A stretch of DNA of 64,000 nucleotides, from assembly GCF_009914755.1 (NCBI RefSeq), contig NC_060928.1; one strand, 5' to 3'. Source of the stretch: the human T2T-CHM13v2.0 reference genome, Homo sapiens. Below, piece after piece: positions 1 to 13,299 of this stretch; the stretch's first letter is position 1, and each line of letters begins with the position of its first letter. The notes under the pieces are model-generated. The model was not told where the DNA came from. It saw only the letters and a program-made list of their open reading frames with translations, and did no database searches. The position numbers and the translations under genes are program-made.

Positions 1-1320
1 CTCATGCAGTCGGGAGGAATAGGATTGGAGACCTACTTAAAGAAGCTGTCTAGCTATGCTTTTGTAGAGCAGCTGTCCTGTGTTGGGGTACTGCTTCTGC
101 CCCTGTTGGCTTGGGCTCTCCAAAGCCTGGAGGCTAGAATGACTAAGTTGCCAAAACAACAAAAATGGCAGCCTACCTCTTCCTCTAGGAGCTCTGTCCA
201 AGGAAGTTTACAAACCTCTGTCAGCTAGAGAACATTGGCAGGCCCCAGGGGAAATCTCACCTGGTAAGTGGGATCCACTTAAGGGAGCAGTCTGTCCACA
301 CTTTCATAGAGCAGCTGTGTCATGCTGGGTTACCACTTCTTCAGTCATCTTGGGCTCTCTAAAGCTCACAGGCTGGAACAATTGTCACCGAAACAGCAAA
401 GATGATGGTGTACCCCTCCCATTGGGCACTCCATCCCAGGGAGAAATAAAAACTGTTGGCCAGACAATATGGAAAGGGGTGGCTGGAGGCGCTGGTTTGG
501 AGGTCCCACTCAAAGATGAGGAATGGATCAGAATCCCACTTAAAGAAGCAGTCTGGTCACATTTTGGTAGAGCAGCTGTACTGTGCTGGGGGATCCTTTC
601 TGTCCCTTGTCTATTTGGAATCTCTGAAGCCTGCAAGCTGGAATCTCTGAAGCCTGCAACCCTGCAAGTTGAGTAGTCCAAAGAGCAAAGATGGCAGCCC
701 ACCCCTGTCCCATCCCAGGAAGGTGCAACACTGTTGCTGAGGGCTGGCTAGTATACCAAGCCAGTGGGTCTTATCCTGTGAACGCCACGGAAGTGGGGCC
801 CTCAGGACAATGCTTCCCATCCCCCTGGGATGAGCCCTCTTCCCAGGGGTATGTACGGAGGTCCAACCTCCTACCTTGCCTGTGTTGCTCACCTTTGCCA
901 GGAATACTGGAGCCTGTGCATATAAAGCTCTTGGATTTCTGTGCATTCCTGAGTGGCCACTCTGTCAAGACTTCACATAGCTCTGTGTGTCCGAGGGAAG
1001 GCCCTGGTGGAGTGGGTTCACGAGGAGATCTCCTGACCTAAGGGTTTTGAAGGTCCATGGGAGAAGCGTGGTCTCTCAGGGTTGCACATTCACTCACCGC
1101 TTCCCAGTGGGGGAGGTTCCCCTGGCTCTCTGTTGCTTCTGGGTGGGCTGTCACCCTGCCCTGCTTTTCTCCATTCTCCTTGGGTCATGCTGTTTCCCTG
1201 ATGGGTCCCAGTACAAGTACCTGCATCTTTCAGTTAAAGGTGCTGTATTTCCACACCCCTTTCATTTCTCTCCATGAGAGCCATGCAAGGTAGCTGCTTC
1301 TAGGCAGTCCTCTTGGCCCA
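1..1320 (-). mobile_element. 5' UTR of an older primate LINE-1 (L1PA13-16/L1PB-type), continuing beyond the left edge of the window
   Basis: Reverse complement of 1291-1319 (gggccaagaggactgcctagaagcagcta) resembles the start of old L1P elements; GC-rich; ~250-bp internal repeats (ccacttaa..agcagtct....agagcagctgt at ~33, ~276, ~536). Confidence 0.75.
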
Positions 1321-1856
1321 ACCACCACAGATAAATATTAACAAGTCATAAGATGAATTTTAGGAGCATAAACAGTGCAACAGAGACAAATAAATACTTG
1401 CAACTTATATAAACTTTAAAATAGTGAGATTTTTGGACGTAAGTCAGAAAGTTTATTTCCAGGAGAATAAAGGGAATAATAAACATTAAAAACATAGAGA
1501 AAGATTGGTATAGATGAATCTTTTACTCTACTTTAAAATTTCTGACAGTCTTACATTTGAGAGACTTACTTAAGGGTTTAACTTATCATTAGTCAAAATA
1601 TCAAGAATGATGCTATGAAGCAATGAATGAAATAAAACAGCAATACTTCTGTCAGTTCCTAAAATAGTAAAACTGAAAGAAAATAGTTAAAAGAAATTAA
1701 AAGAAATGTAGGTACACATGTATACGTGTGTTTGTGCGGTGCTGTTTGCAATATGAATGATAGAAGATCATCGTTTAATGAACACAATGAAGTCTTTCTG
1801 AGTAAATAAAATAAATGCACATGCGCATTAGTCAAAATTCCGTTTGTGATGGTTAA

Positions 1857-2131
<275 letters not shown>

Positions 2132-5100
2132 ATGTGATGGTTAAATTGATGAAGAGATACTGAAGTTTATGTTTTGATATACTTCATGAACAGCTTGGCA
2201 TCTTTAATGTTAAATGTTTTTAATTTTAATGTTAAAAGGTTAATAAGTACAGTGTCAGAGTTAGGGTTTTAATCCATTTGGTTTTCATATGCATATACAT
2301 CATGGTTTTCAAAGTCTTAAAAATGTGCTTATGTTATTCCAAGGGTATCTCAATCTACATCCTTTTTCTTTTTAACCTTAAGTTTCCTTCCAACAAATTT
2401 CACTTTCAAAATAAAACCTCCATAACTTGAAGATAAAAGCAAACAAACAAAAGTAATTGCCAAGTTTGATTGAAGGTATATAGTTGCATTTCATATTATA
2501 CCAATATAGTGCCTGGATAGATGTATTTTTTTAATATGTACTGCTACTGATAGTTATGTGTCAACTTGATAAATGATTTGTATGGAACTTGTCTGCCTTC
2601 CAGCATTTTACTTTGACTTGTTTTTATTTGGGATTTCTTTGCCAATCAATAATTTTCACTCTAGCACTTTAGTTTATACATTATCAAATAAAAACTAAAG
2701 ACTTCTGGACAGATATACTACAAAGATTTAGTACTATAGTCACATTTATGTTTGTGGAACTTAGAAGCAAATATCTATTTAATATTTGAACTATGACCTC
2801 TTCATTGATAAAGAGGTAAAGCTTTATAGAAGCCAGGACTATGATACATAGTCATACCATTAAGATTAGCTGTTTAGAGGTAGTTTTTCACATAAACAAT
2901 CTTGCTTCATGTTTTATAAGTATCCCAGGAAAAGAAAACATAGTTATGTAACAAATAATCAAGAAATGAAGCCAAATTTACATGGGTTATGTTTCATGTT
3001 TTTATAAATACATATTTGCATAACTAGTTGAATGCTAACTAAAAATTTCCCATTTCATCTCTTGGCATTAAATTCATATTATAAAAGACATGTACTAATT
3101 ACATCATCTTTAATAAATCATTATGAATAGGATAAAAATCCTATAAATTTTACTGGCAATATTTATATTAAGCAACCCAAAGTGTGCAAATGAATAAATT
3201 AATCAAATTGCTTCACAGAATTCATTTGTTTAATAAAAGTTGATTTGTATTTTTTCTGTTCAGGCTTGGTCACTAATTACAGTATAGTTAATTTTTTGGT
3301 GATTGACTTATTTAACTTATAAATTCGTCTAGGATCAAGATGGATTGATATATGAAATGTAGAATGTAAGACAACATATATACATTTCAATATAAGGTAA
3401 TAGCCACTCTTAATTATCCAAAAAGAAGAAAATGAAAAACATAGAATACATGACAAAATTATAGTAATAATGTCATAATATTGAAACAATAACACAATTC
3501 AGAATATTTTTAAATGTCCCAACCTAGATTTGTTAAACTTTTTGAATTAATTGCTAAGAAGTTTCAAAAGTTCATTTCCAGTAATGCTCAGGTCTCAATG
3601 AATGCTTGAATTCTCTGTTGTTTTTCTAATTGTAGTGTTCATCCATTTAACAACTATGTATTGAGCACAGGCTGTATATAAAATAGTGTACTAAAGTTTT
3701 ATTATATAATTTAAGAAATAGAAGTGCCACCTCATCATCAAAGTTTGTAAGCTCAATATGAATTGTAGGTACCAGAAATGAAACAGTACTTTCAAGAGGT
3801 ATTCATTTAGAAGGTAACTAAAAAATAATACAAAAGCTGATATTGAATCATGTCTGCCAGTCTTAGAAAATATTAAAGTACTAAATAGAAGAATGAATGA
3901 ATGGTAGGTTTCGGTGGAGTGGGTGTGTGTGAAATTGATTTTAGACAGCGTAAGTTTAAGGTGATAGAAAATCAATCAAAGAGAAATAACGAAAAATAAC
4001 ATTATGAAACTTTTTTTAATCATGTGTTGCCTGTTATGTGGCATTTCCATAATGAGGATTGAATGGTATATGTCATGTAATCAAATACTTCATTTTTAGT
4101 ATTTAGGATAGACTGGAAATTTACTGGCTTAGAACTGGACACATCATTTTCCATTGAATACATCTGTATCATTATGCCTCTATCAAATAGATAAAAAATA
4201 AAATTGTTCTTGTTAATGGAAATTTGGTCCTGTACTCTCATGTACTTAATCTCACTACTTATTCATGTAATAGTGTCTGTGTATCTGTAAAATAAGGCAA
4301 AATATATTCTATTAAGACAGATGGATGGCCAAGACAATCTAATGAGTTTCCTGTATTTGCAGCTATTTCTCCATATCAGAAATAATATGACTGCATAGAA
4401 AAGGTTTCTTTCTGGTTAGTTCTTCACCTTTTTTTTTTCACTAACTGCAGTCTCTTAAAAGAGAATAAGTTAAACATGATTTCTTTAAATGGAAATTTGT
4501 ATTATCTTCTAAATTTAAAAAGTCTCAAGTAACAATAGATTTTGACAAATATTCATGTGTTAAATTATAATTGAACCCTCACAGATATTCTCTCAGTGGA
4601 ACATCCACTAGAACCAGGCATTTTGAGTGCATGAAATAAAATAAACATATAATACACATTTCACTGTTGCATAAAGTGTCAAAACAGTAGTTCATATTTA
4701 TATGTCATCTCGGAGCACCTTAAACTGCTAACTTTCAGGATCTTAATTAGAGATTCAAAAGAGACAGTTCATTTATTTTATTATTTTGTAGAAACCACTA
4801 GTATATTTAGCATCAGGAAAAATCTCAGAAAAGCTTAAAATTAAATAAAAGACAAATATGTTTATAAAAAGAAAAATGGCTGCCAAATAATGCATTTCTA
4901 TAGCATGTTTACAATTCAAAACCCATCACATAAATATAGTTCTACAAATGTAACCCCATGAATTAAAACAGATAGAAACAGTTTTGGCAACTGACTGGTG
5001 ATTAGCCCTTCTAAAAAATGTTGAGCAATTTTGATAAATTTTTGACGAAATAAAACTGAATTATTAACAAATGATATCTTTCTGATAAATTTATTTTTTG

Positions 5101-5329
5101 TTTAAAGGCATAAATTAATAATTATTTAAAATTATTTCCACTGAGTATCTTTGATTTAATTTATTCTGGCAAAATAAATACATATGTAATGATTTTTGAA
5201 CACTAATCCTCATAATTTACTTTATATAGAAAGTCAGTTATAAGATCTTCTGTTGCAGATCTTAGGAACTATCTAGCCAAACTAAATCAAACTTGTATTA
5301 TTATTTGAATCTGGACTTTTGTCAACAAT

Positions 5330-5799
5330 TGCAATTTTAGTGCATTTTGTGTTGCTGTAATAGGATACCTAAAGCTAGGTAACTTATAAAGAAAAGAGGT
5401 TTATTTGGTTCATGGTTCTGCAGGCTGGGATGTGGTTGTAAAAGCATGATGTGGGCATCTGCTTGGCTTCTTGTGAGGGCCATGTGCTGGGTAAAAATAT
5501 ATTAAAGAAGGTCAAAGGGGAAGCAGATATGTGCAAAAGTCAAAACCTGAAGGGCATCCTGGCTTCCTAACAACCCTCTATGGGAACCAATCCATTTCCC
5601 TGAGAAATGAACCCATGTCACCAGAATGAGAACTCCTGGCTTATTACTGCAAGAAGGGCACCAAGCCATTCAAGAGAGATCTGCCCCCATAATTCAAACA
5701 CCTTCCATTGGCCTCACCTCTCAACACTGCCACATTGGGGATCAAATTTCAAAACGAGTTTTGGTGAAGACAAACTCACACTGTATCCAAACTATTGTA
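5330..5799 (-). mobile_element. MaLR solo LTR (MST-type, MSTB/MSTC-like)
   Basis: Typical MST motifs: ataaagaaaagaggtttatttggttcatggttctgcaggctg; ggcctcacctctcaacactgccacattggggatcaaatttc; tatccaaac terminus. Confidence 0.85.
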
Positions 5800-5865
5800 A
5801 TTGCTCATCACAGAATGACAGAATGTATGTGGTTTAGTGGTACTCTGCTGTACTAAGAAGGTAAG

Positions 5866-6027
5866 TGTGTGTGCATGTGTGTGTGTGTTTTAGCGACGGG
5901 TCTTTGTCACTATGCTAGAATGCAGTTGTGCCGTCATAGCTCAATGCAGCTGTGAACTCCTGGGGTGAAGGGATCCTCTCGGTTCAGCCTCCTGAGTAAC
6001 TGCGACAATAGGTAAAAGCCACCACGA
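5866..6027 (-). mobile_element. FLAM/FAM-like Alu monomer with (TG)n tail
   Basis: (TG)n at 5866-5888, then gaactcctggggtgaagggatcctctcggttcagcctcctgagtaactg, an antisense Alu monomer. Confidence 0.75.
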
Positions 6028-8494
6028 ATGTGTGTTATTAAATATTTAACAGCTAAAAATTGAAATACGTTTTCCCTAGTAATAGTTAAATTTGTAAAAA
6101 TAAAGCAAAGCAGCTTATTTTGTTTAGTTTTAAGCTAAATACAAATCTGGCATTTTTGAAAGAAATAAAGCATTTGCTGGTAGTGCTATTACCCAAAAGA
6201 ATTGATGCTTGGGATATCTTGTTATTTAGAATAAAAGCTACACCTAGAAATATAATTCATAAGAGCTATATGATAATATTTGGCCAAGCAAATAGTTCAA
6301 AGATGCATGTTTACATTCATGTGAAGAAAAATACCAAGAAAGTAGAAATGAAGCATAGCATGGTCATTAGGGGATTGGAGTTGCAAAGGGCAAAATATGT
6401 GAACCAGGAAAAAGTAAGATGCTTTGAGGAATGAGGTGAATCATGCATCAGTAAGAAGATATGAGGCCAATTATTTCTGATAAGAAGTAGTAGAGCAAAA
6501 AGTACACTCCAGGCAAAGAGAATCAGTCCTCAGAATGGCCTCTCTTTCGTTAAAGTAGTTGTATGTGTCTTGGTTATGCGTTAGCGTGCCATTTAGCACG
6601 ATATCCTCTTATTATTTTGTTGTAGGATTTAATGAGAACTTACCACCTCCTTGTTATGTATCTATTAATTACATGTCACACATGCATCATCTTATGGCAG
6701 AACTGTGGCTAGAAAAGTCTAAGGCTTATTAAGGTAACTCTGTAGTTTGACCAGAGAGACCTATCATTAGGAGGTAGAAATATATTACTTGGTTGTAGAT
6801 TTTCAAATACTACACATTTAGTTATGAAGTAAGTATTCTACCTTCATTCCCTAAATGGAAGGAAGCAGTGGTTTATATAATGGTGATTATGTACAATATT
6901 GAAGTTAATCTAAAATTGCTGAGTAAGGGAATTGGATTCATTTTCTGGTGGGGTGATTGTGGGTTTTGATATGTTTTAGTTTGTTGGAAGTTCTTGGAAA
7001 GTAGGATTTTCAGTAAGCAGAAAATTTGTGCTTCTAAGACAGAAATTCAATCTACTTGTTTTGGAGTCCCGAATGCATAAATAACAATAAAAAATAATTT
7101 TTAGCTAACTTTTTATAAACATGTATGCTATTATAAATACTCCAGATAGTCTTTTATTCTGATCTCCAAGGGCAGGGATTGTAGTATCTATAGTATATAT
7201 TTAGTTACTGATGATGAAGTTGAAATCAGTTGAGATCAATTTCTGCATGAAGAAGTACAGAAAAGGAGATGACTAGATTTTGGTCAAGTGGGAACAAGAT
7301 CACGTATGCTATAATGAATTGTATTGGTTTTACGTGCCAGAAATTAAGGTAGACTAAATATGAAGACAGTAGACAAACAGTGCTTGGATTCCTAAAATAG
7401 ATTTTCCCTGAGTATAGAGTGCAAGAAATTGCTTTTCTTTAATAATGTAAGGAAAAGAATATCAAGTTAAACTACCAGAAACAAAATATAAAATTCCACA
7501 AAACTAATAAATTTCCAGATATTTTTAGCTTTAGCAAGCACATTTCTATTTACATTTGAGGTAACTCAATGTATCACAACAAGTATAAGGAAGGAGGACA
7601 TCAAAAAATCTCTGGACATATTTTGATTTCTTTGAATTGCAACATACACAAAGTTTTCAGAGGTGTGGTAAAAGTAAGTGCATTAGGTTTCAAATGCTGA
7701 TCTATGTTCTTGTTGTAGATTTTCTATTGTCTTAGTAGATCTTAGTAGATCCTAAATGTTATAGGTTATAAGAATCAGATCCCTGTACCTTTAAAATCTA
7801 GTAAATTAGTGTGAGTCTAAAGGAATATGCATAAATATTATAATTTTTATGGGCTCTTTAATATTCCGTTTTCCACTTACCTCTTTAACGTTTCCAAAAT
7901 CAACATTGTGTCCCTTAATGTCTTATAAAGTCTAATTTGTTAGCAGATGATTCCTGAAAAGGTAGCACAGAAATAAAGTATCAGAGTAAAGGGATAGTTG
8001 GCACTGACAGTAATAAAATGAGAAGCCTGCTGGTCAATAAAGCTCTATAATATTTTGTTTATTTTTATTACAAAATAGGGCTGTAAATCCAAAGCGATGT
8101 TGAAATGCCAAATGAAGAAGTACCAGAAGGTTGTATCCAGAAATTTATCGAGAGCCTAAATCTCAAACCTGAAGAAGTAGTAAACTTTCCCCACAGAAAT
8201 ATGAAGCTTGCATGGAAGCCCTGTTAGGTAGGAAGCGATGTTTCTGCTATAGACTAACCTGTGTACCATGCTCTTGGTCACAGAAAACAGCACGTTATTT
8301 CTTCTCTCAAAGTCTTGTAGTCTATGGGACAACCCTGTAGTGAACCATCCTGATAACTTAGGTAAGATTAATTAATACTCTGAGTTTCATGTGCTTAGTC
8401 AGGAATGCTTTAGTTTACAGGATCATATATAGCTACACCCTGTGCCGGAAAAAAAACCTCAATTTTGACAGCTTCCTTTTGAGAACTGCAGAGA

Positions 8495-8624
8495 AACCAA
8501 GCAGATGCCAGCATTGTGCTTCCTGTACAGCCCGCACAACCATGAGCCAATTAAACCTCTTTTCTTTAAAATATTGCCCAGTCTCAGTTATTTCTTCTCA
8601 GCAATGTGAGAACAGATTAATATA
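8495..8624 (+). mobile_element. MST-type MaLR LTR 3' fragment
   Basis: aagcagatgccagcattgtgcttcctgtacagcc...catgagccaattaaacctcttttcttta...cccagtctcag...attaata matches the MST 3' end. Confidence 0.8.
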
Positions 8625-9218
8625 GACATTTTATTGATTTAGAGCACTGTGTTTTCTATTTTGCAGCCTGTATGAATAAATAAAAGACTGTTTGGGTCCA
8701 TATATATAGTGAACTTAATCAGATGCAACTCTTGTCTCTAAATGTTAACTGCACAAGAGGTGGTAACAATAGAAACTAAACTGGATTAGAGTCATATATG
8801 TATACAGATATTGAATAGATTTGAAATCTTGTTTTGTATCCTCGTAAAACAGCCAAGAAGGAAGTTGGTGATAATGGAACTGAATACTGGACAGATTATC
8901 ACTACAATGATTTAGGTTCAAACCAATAAAAGGTCCCAGCTTTTATGGTAGAAGGTAGGAATCTTGGTCACAATAACAGGACTGACATCCATATGTTACA
9001 GTTGGTCTAAGATATTATACCTATAAATATCATTAATTTTTGACTAGGTCTGACTCACCTAAACATCAAGATATATACATATCCCACTAGACTTTTCTAA
9101 ATTACTTTTTGAAAAGATGTAGCAAACACTAGCTGTGGCTAATGATAACCTCAGTAGTAGAGATTCAGTCAAATCATAAACTCAAAAAAAGGAGCAAGAC
9201 CATAAAGAGACATGAATA

Positions 9219-9513
9219 GGCCAGCACGGTGGTACAAGCCTGTAATCCCAGATCTTTAGGGGACCAAGACGGGAGAATCACTTGAGGTCAGGAGTTTGAG
9301 AGCAGCCTGGCCAACCTGGTGAAACCTTGTCTCTACTAAAAATGTAAAAATTAGCTGGGCACGGTGGTGTGCACCTGTAATCTTAGCTGCTCGGGAGACT
9401 GAGTCAGGAGACTCCTTTGAATCCGGAAGCAGAGGTTGCAGTAAGCTGAGATCATGCCACTGCTCTTCAGCCTGGGCAACAGAGTGAGACTCCATCTAAA
9501 AAACAAAAACAAG
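9219..9513 (+). mobile_element. Full-length AluS
   Basis: Dimeric Alu with A-rich tail; perfect 13-bp TSD aagagacatgaat (9205-9217, 9514-9526). Confidence 0.97.
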
Positions 9514-10204
9514 AAGAGACATGAATCATGAATACTTTGGTCTTAACCCCCACAGGGTTTATGTTTCCCACAAAGAAGCTTTGCTCCAGAGAATGCCCTT
9601 GTAAACTTCTGCTAAGCATACCAATCTTCAGGATGGTAGCAGAGCTTTTAGTAGAACTTAGAAGTCAAAGCAGGTTTTATCAGCAATACCTTATGCCAAA
9701 CACAAAGTTCTTGGCCTGCTGATTTGCAAATTTATCTATATTTGGTAAATTATCATTTCACTACAATCGTAATCTGTATTTAAAATTGTCATATGTTTTC
9801 TGTTCTTGGGCTTTGTTTGTTTGGATATAGTAATCTATGTCTCCTCTCAAATTGTCTTTCAATTATACACACAGGCAATTTTTAAGCACATGAAAATAAT
9901 TCAGTAATTGACAATTCATAAACAGGAGACCAAGTCATATCTCTCATTCTGGATGCTGTTTTCTCTTAAGTGGAATGGAATTTTAATCACTCATGAAAAA
10001 GTTATATGTTGTTTGATCCATCTGCTTCTTCAATCTTCTCTTAATTAGTAATCACATTTAGACCATGAATGCAGAGATTATCCCTCTTGTGCGTTTATCA
10101 TATACATATATTTAAATGTTCATATATGTATTCATTATATAAATAATAAAACAGAACATCATATTATCATAGATAATAACAGAGATATTATCACATAAAT
10201 ATCG

Positions 10205-10384
10205 ATTTGTGTGACAGTCCTGGTTTGGCTGCTGTTTAGCCTGGTGGTTATCATGAAAAAATTAGTTAACCCCATCAAAGCATCAATTTTTTTCATATCT
10301 AAAATTAGCATAATAATGCTCAATTTTTAAGACTGTTATAGAAAGTAACACAATTAATGCTTATACAATTTCTAGTTTAGTGTC
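10205..10384 (+). mobile_element. MIR remnant
   Basis: Degenerate MIR core (ttagttaacccc...catcaatttttttcatatctaaaattagcataataat). Confidence 0.5.
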
Positions 10385-11044
10385 TGCTATAATCTGAATG
10401 TTCCTATTTACCTCTAATTATTATGTTAACATTTTAACCCTCAAATTGATGTTATTAGGAAGTGGGACCTCTGGGTGGCAATTAAGTCTTTAGGGAAGAG
10501 TTCACATGTGTGGGATTAGTGAACTTATGAAAGAGGTCGTAGAAAAACCCCTTGTCTCTCTCACCTTGTGAGATTACATAGAAGACAAGCTCTCATCCTA
10601 AACAAAAAATTGCCTCTGTCTTGAACTTCCCAGCCTATAGAACAATTTCTCTTTTTGTTGTTGTTGTTGTTTGTTTGTTTTGTTTTGTTTTGTTTAAGAT
10701 GGAGTTTCACTCTTGTTGCCCAGGCTGGAGTGCAATGGCAATATTTTGGCTCACTGCAACCTCCACCTCCCGGGTTAAAATGATTGTTCTGCCTCAGCCT
10801 CCCAATTAGCTAGGATTACAGGCATGCAACACCACGCCTGGCTAATTTTGTATTTTTTCTAGGGATGTGGCTTCACCATGTTGGTCAAGTTGGTCGCGAC
10901 CTCCTGACCTCAGGCGATCTACCCGCCTTGGCCTCCCAAAGTGCTAGAATTACAGGCATGAGCCACCACGCCTGGCCAATTTCTGTTTTTATAAGCTACC
11001 CTGTTTATGTTTTTTGTTTACAGCAGCCCAAACTGAATAAGGCA
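10385..11044 (+). mobile_element. MLT1A-like MaLR LTR interrupted by an Alu
   Basis: Starts tgctataatctgaatgtt; contains ttattaggaagtgggacct and ttgaacttcccagcct; resumes after the Alu with aatttctgtttttataagctacc...cagcagcccaaactgaataaggca. Confidence 0.8.
10652..10977 (-). mobile_element. AluSp/Sq-like element with (GTT)n/(GTTT)n tail, nested in the MLT1A LTR
   Basis: gagtttcactcttgttgcccaggctggagtgcaatggc; ends cacgcctggcc; short TSD aatttct. Confidence 0.95.
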
Positions 11045-11120
11045 ATGTGTAATCAGGATAACCAGTAAAATGAATTCCATAAACTTTGTATTTCTTATAC
11101 GCATATGTATGTGCTTATAT

Positions 11121-11130
11121 CTGTGAGTGT

Positions 11131-11164
<34 letters not shown>
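11121..11164. repeat. (TG)n microsatellite
   Basis: Read directly from the sequence. Confidence 0.95.
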
Positions 11165-11166
<2 letters not shown>

Positions 11167-12015
11167 ACATATCAAAACTGAGATAGTAAACTGGGCTTCT
11201 GACTTAAGCATCACCCTTCTTTAGGATTAAGCAAGGTAAGGGTTTGCATCCTGTACTTGATTATTTACTGGTACCACAGAGCTGAGTTTCATCTTTGGTA
11301 TTCAGACAAAATTTATCACTCAGTATCTGATTAATTTTTGTCCTTTGGAATTATAAATAGACAAATGTGTATATCAATCTCACTTGTGATAATGTCGTGT
11401 GTGGAAAATAATCATGGGATCATATATGGTAAATCCTGTTTAATCAGTGTAATCTCAATACTATGAAGAAGATTTTCATTTAGATTTAGACTAAATATCT
11501 GAGTATTCATCTTAAAATATATATTAACATTATATATAACAGTTTGAAAAATCTCTTCATATTCTTTATATATTTAACTTCTGTAATTAGTTGACATGTA
11601 CACACAAATACCTATATACATAGAACATTGAGTATAGATAAACATTAAATGTGAAAATTATTTATTTTATAACCAAACTAATACAGAAATTTCAAATATT
11701 TTTAAAAAAGGGAAATATATTGTAAAACATTATTAAACAGTATACTATTTATATATGTCTAAAATAAAAATGTCTATAAGATTATTTAATTTTTAACTAT
11801 GAATATCAAGAAAGAGTAGCAATTATAATTTAGTATAACTCTATTTTTGTATAGTTGTGTGGTATGTCAGCATTCATGACTTCAAAATAACTCAGAAACA
11901 ATTATTTAAGTTATGTATTTCCATGTAGCTATAGCTATTTCATGGAAAATTCTATGTATGAACTCTATAAGAATGTTGAGTTTCTACACATTCATAATTT
12001 TAAAATATCTAATAC

Positions 12016-12804
12016 TGAAACAGGAAAAACTCGCTTATCCCCCTCGCAGGTCTTGTAATGAGGGTGTGACTTGCTTCTTTGGTGCCCCACTGCTCAAACC
12101 TCTAGGGGGAGCATGCAGATGGGCAGGCTGTGGGCTCTGACCCCATGGCAGTGTCTAGGGGTGATGTTTGCAGCTGAACTCCCAGCCGGCATGTGTCACA
12201 GGGTGCTCTTTTAGTTTAGGGGTCCATAGGCAGCTTGTGTTAGCTCAATTAGACCCCCTGCCTTATCACAAGGACAGAGGGCTTTCTGTATCCCAGAGTT
12301 TCTTTCCTTGGTGTACCGGAAGAATCAGATCACACGTGGGCTTGGAGTATGAGTGCAAGGTTTTCTTGAGTGGAAGTAGCTCTCAACAGATGGGGGAGCC
12401 AGAAGGGAGATGGAGAGAAAAGGTGGTTTTTCCTTCTGAAATTGGGTTGTTCAGTGCCAAGCTCTCCTCTGACCACCCTGGCCTAACTCCACATCATTCT
12501 GCCGTTGATGACCTCCTGGTGTCTGCTGGTACCTGTTGGTGTGCTCTTAAGCCAGTGCATTCCTCTCCGCATCCAATTGCTTGTGTCTCCTTACATCAAT
12601 GTGTCCCTCTTGACATACAGTCACTTGTGTGCCTGCCTGCTGGTGTCTTGTGACAGGCCAGGGTGGTTTGAGAATTGCAGCAATTGGGTACGAAACAGAA
12701 ATGTCTGTCCTCACCTAGGTCCATAGGCACAGGCCTGGGGGTGGAGCCCTAGCCAGGGGCCACACCCTTCCCTTCCAAGCACTTCCCTGACCCCTCCTGT
12801 ATTA
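12016..12804 (-). repeat. 3' LTR of the provirus
   Basis: Aligns by eye with 15794-16648 (tgaaacaggaaaa...ctgctcaaacctctagggg...gaatcagatcacacgtgggcttggag...). Confidence 0.92.
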
Positions 12805-13299
12805 CATGCCCCCTCTGAATGGGTACATCTAACTGCTATTAGACTATGGATAATGACCAGTCTTAGCTGATTCCTGCTCACAGAGAGTGTTGTTTTGGGG
12901 AAAACAGCAGTCAAATTCTTCCCAGAGGTCTATCTAAAGGTTCCTGGCAAAAGGGAGTCATTGTCCGAGGCTCCAGTTGCCTGACCGTTTGGAGTTTGAT
13001 GGCTTCTAGGCATGAGGGAAAAAAACAAGTTTTATAAAGTTAAGTATGCATGGGTTAAACACGTGTATTATATAAGGAAATAATTTTGTACCAAAGATTA
13101 CAACGATAAGAAATGACATATACTAACAACAACATTGTACCCCAAGCTATTTCACCCTGGTGAAAGAAATTAAATCTTGTATAGGAGCCGATACACTTTT
13201 AGAAGGGAGATAACAATTCTTGCCATATCTTCAGCAGTTAACAGGTGCACCCTGGGAATTCTGGGGTTTGTAGGCTTGCCTGGTGGCCATTAAAGCTTT

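Noticed and set aside
5814-5866. Possible 47-nt exon (cacag...AAG|GTAAGT)
   Set aside because: The donor is strong but the acceptor lacks a polypyrimidine tract, and it is wedged between repeats.
12168-12653. 161-aa ORF
   Set aside because: Entirely within an LTR on its antisense strand, and not kept open over the same length in the sister LTR.
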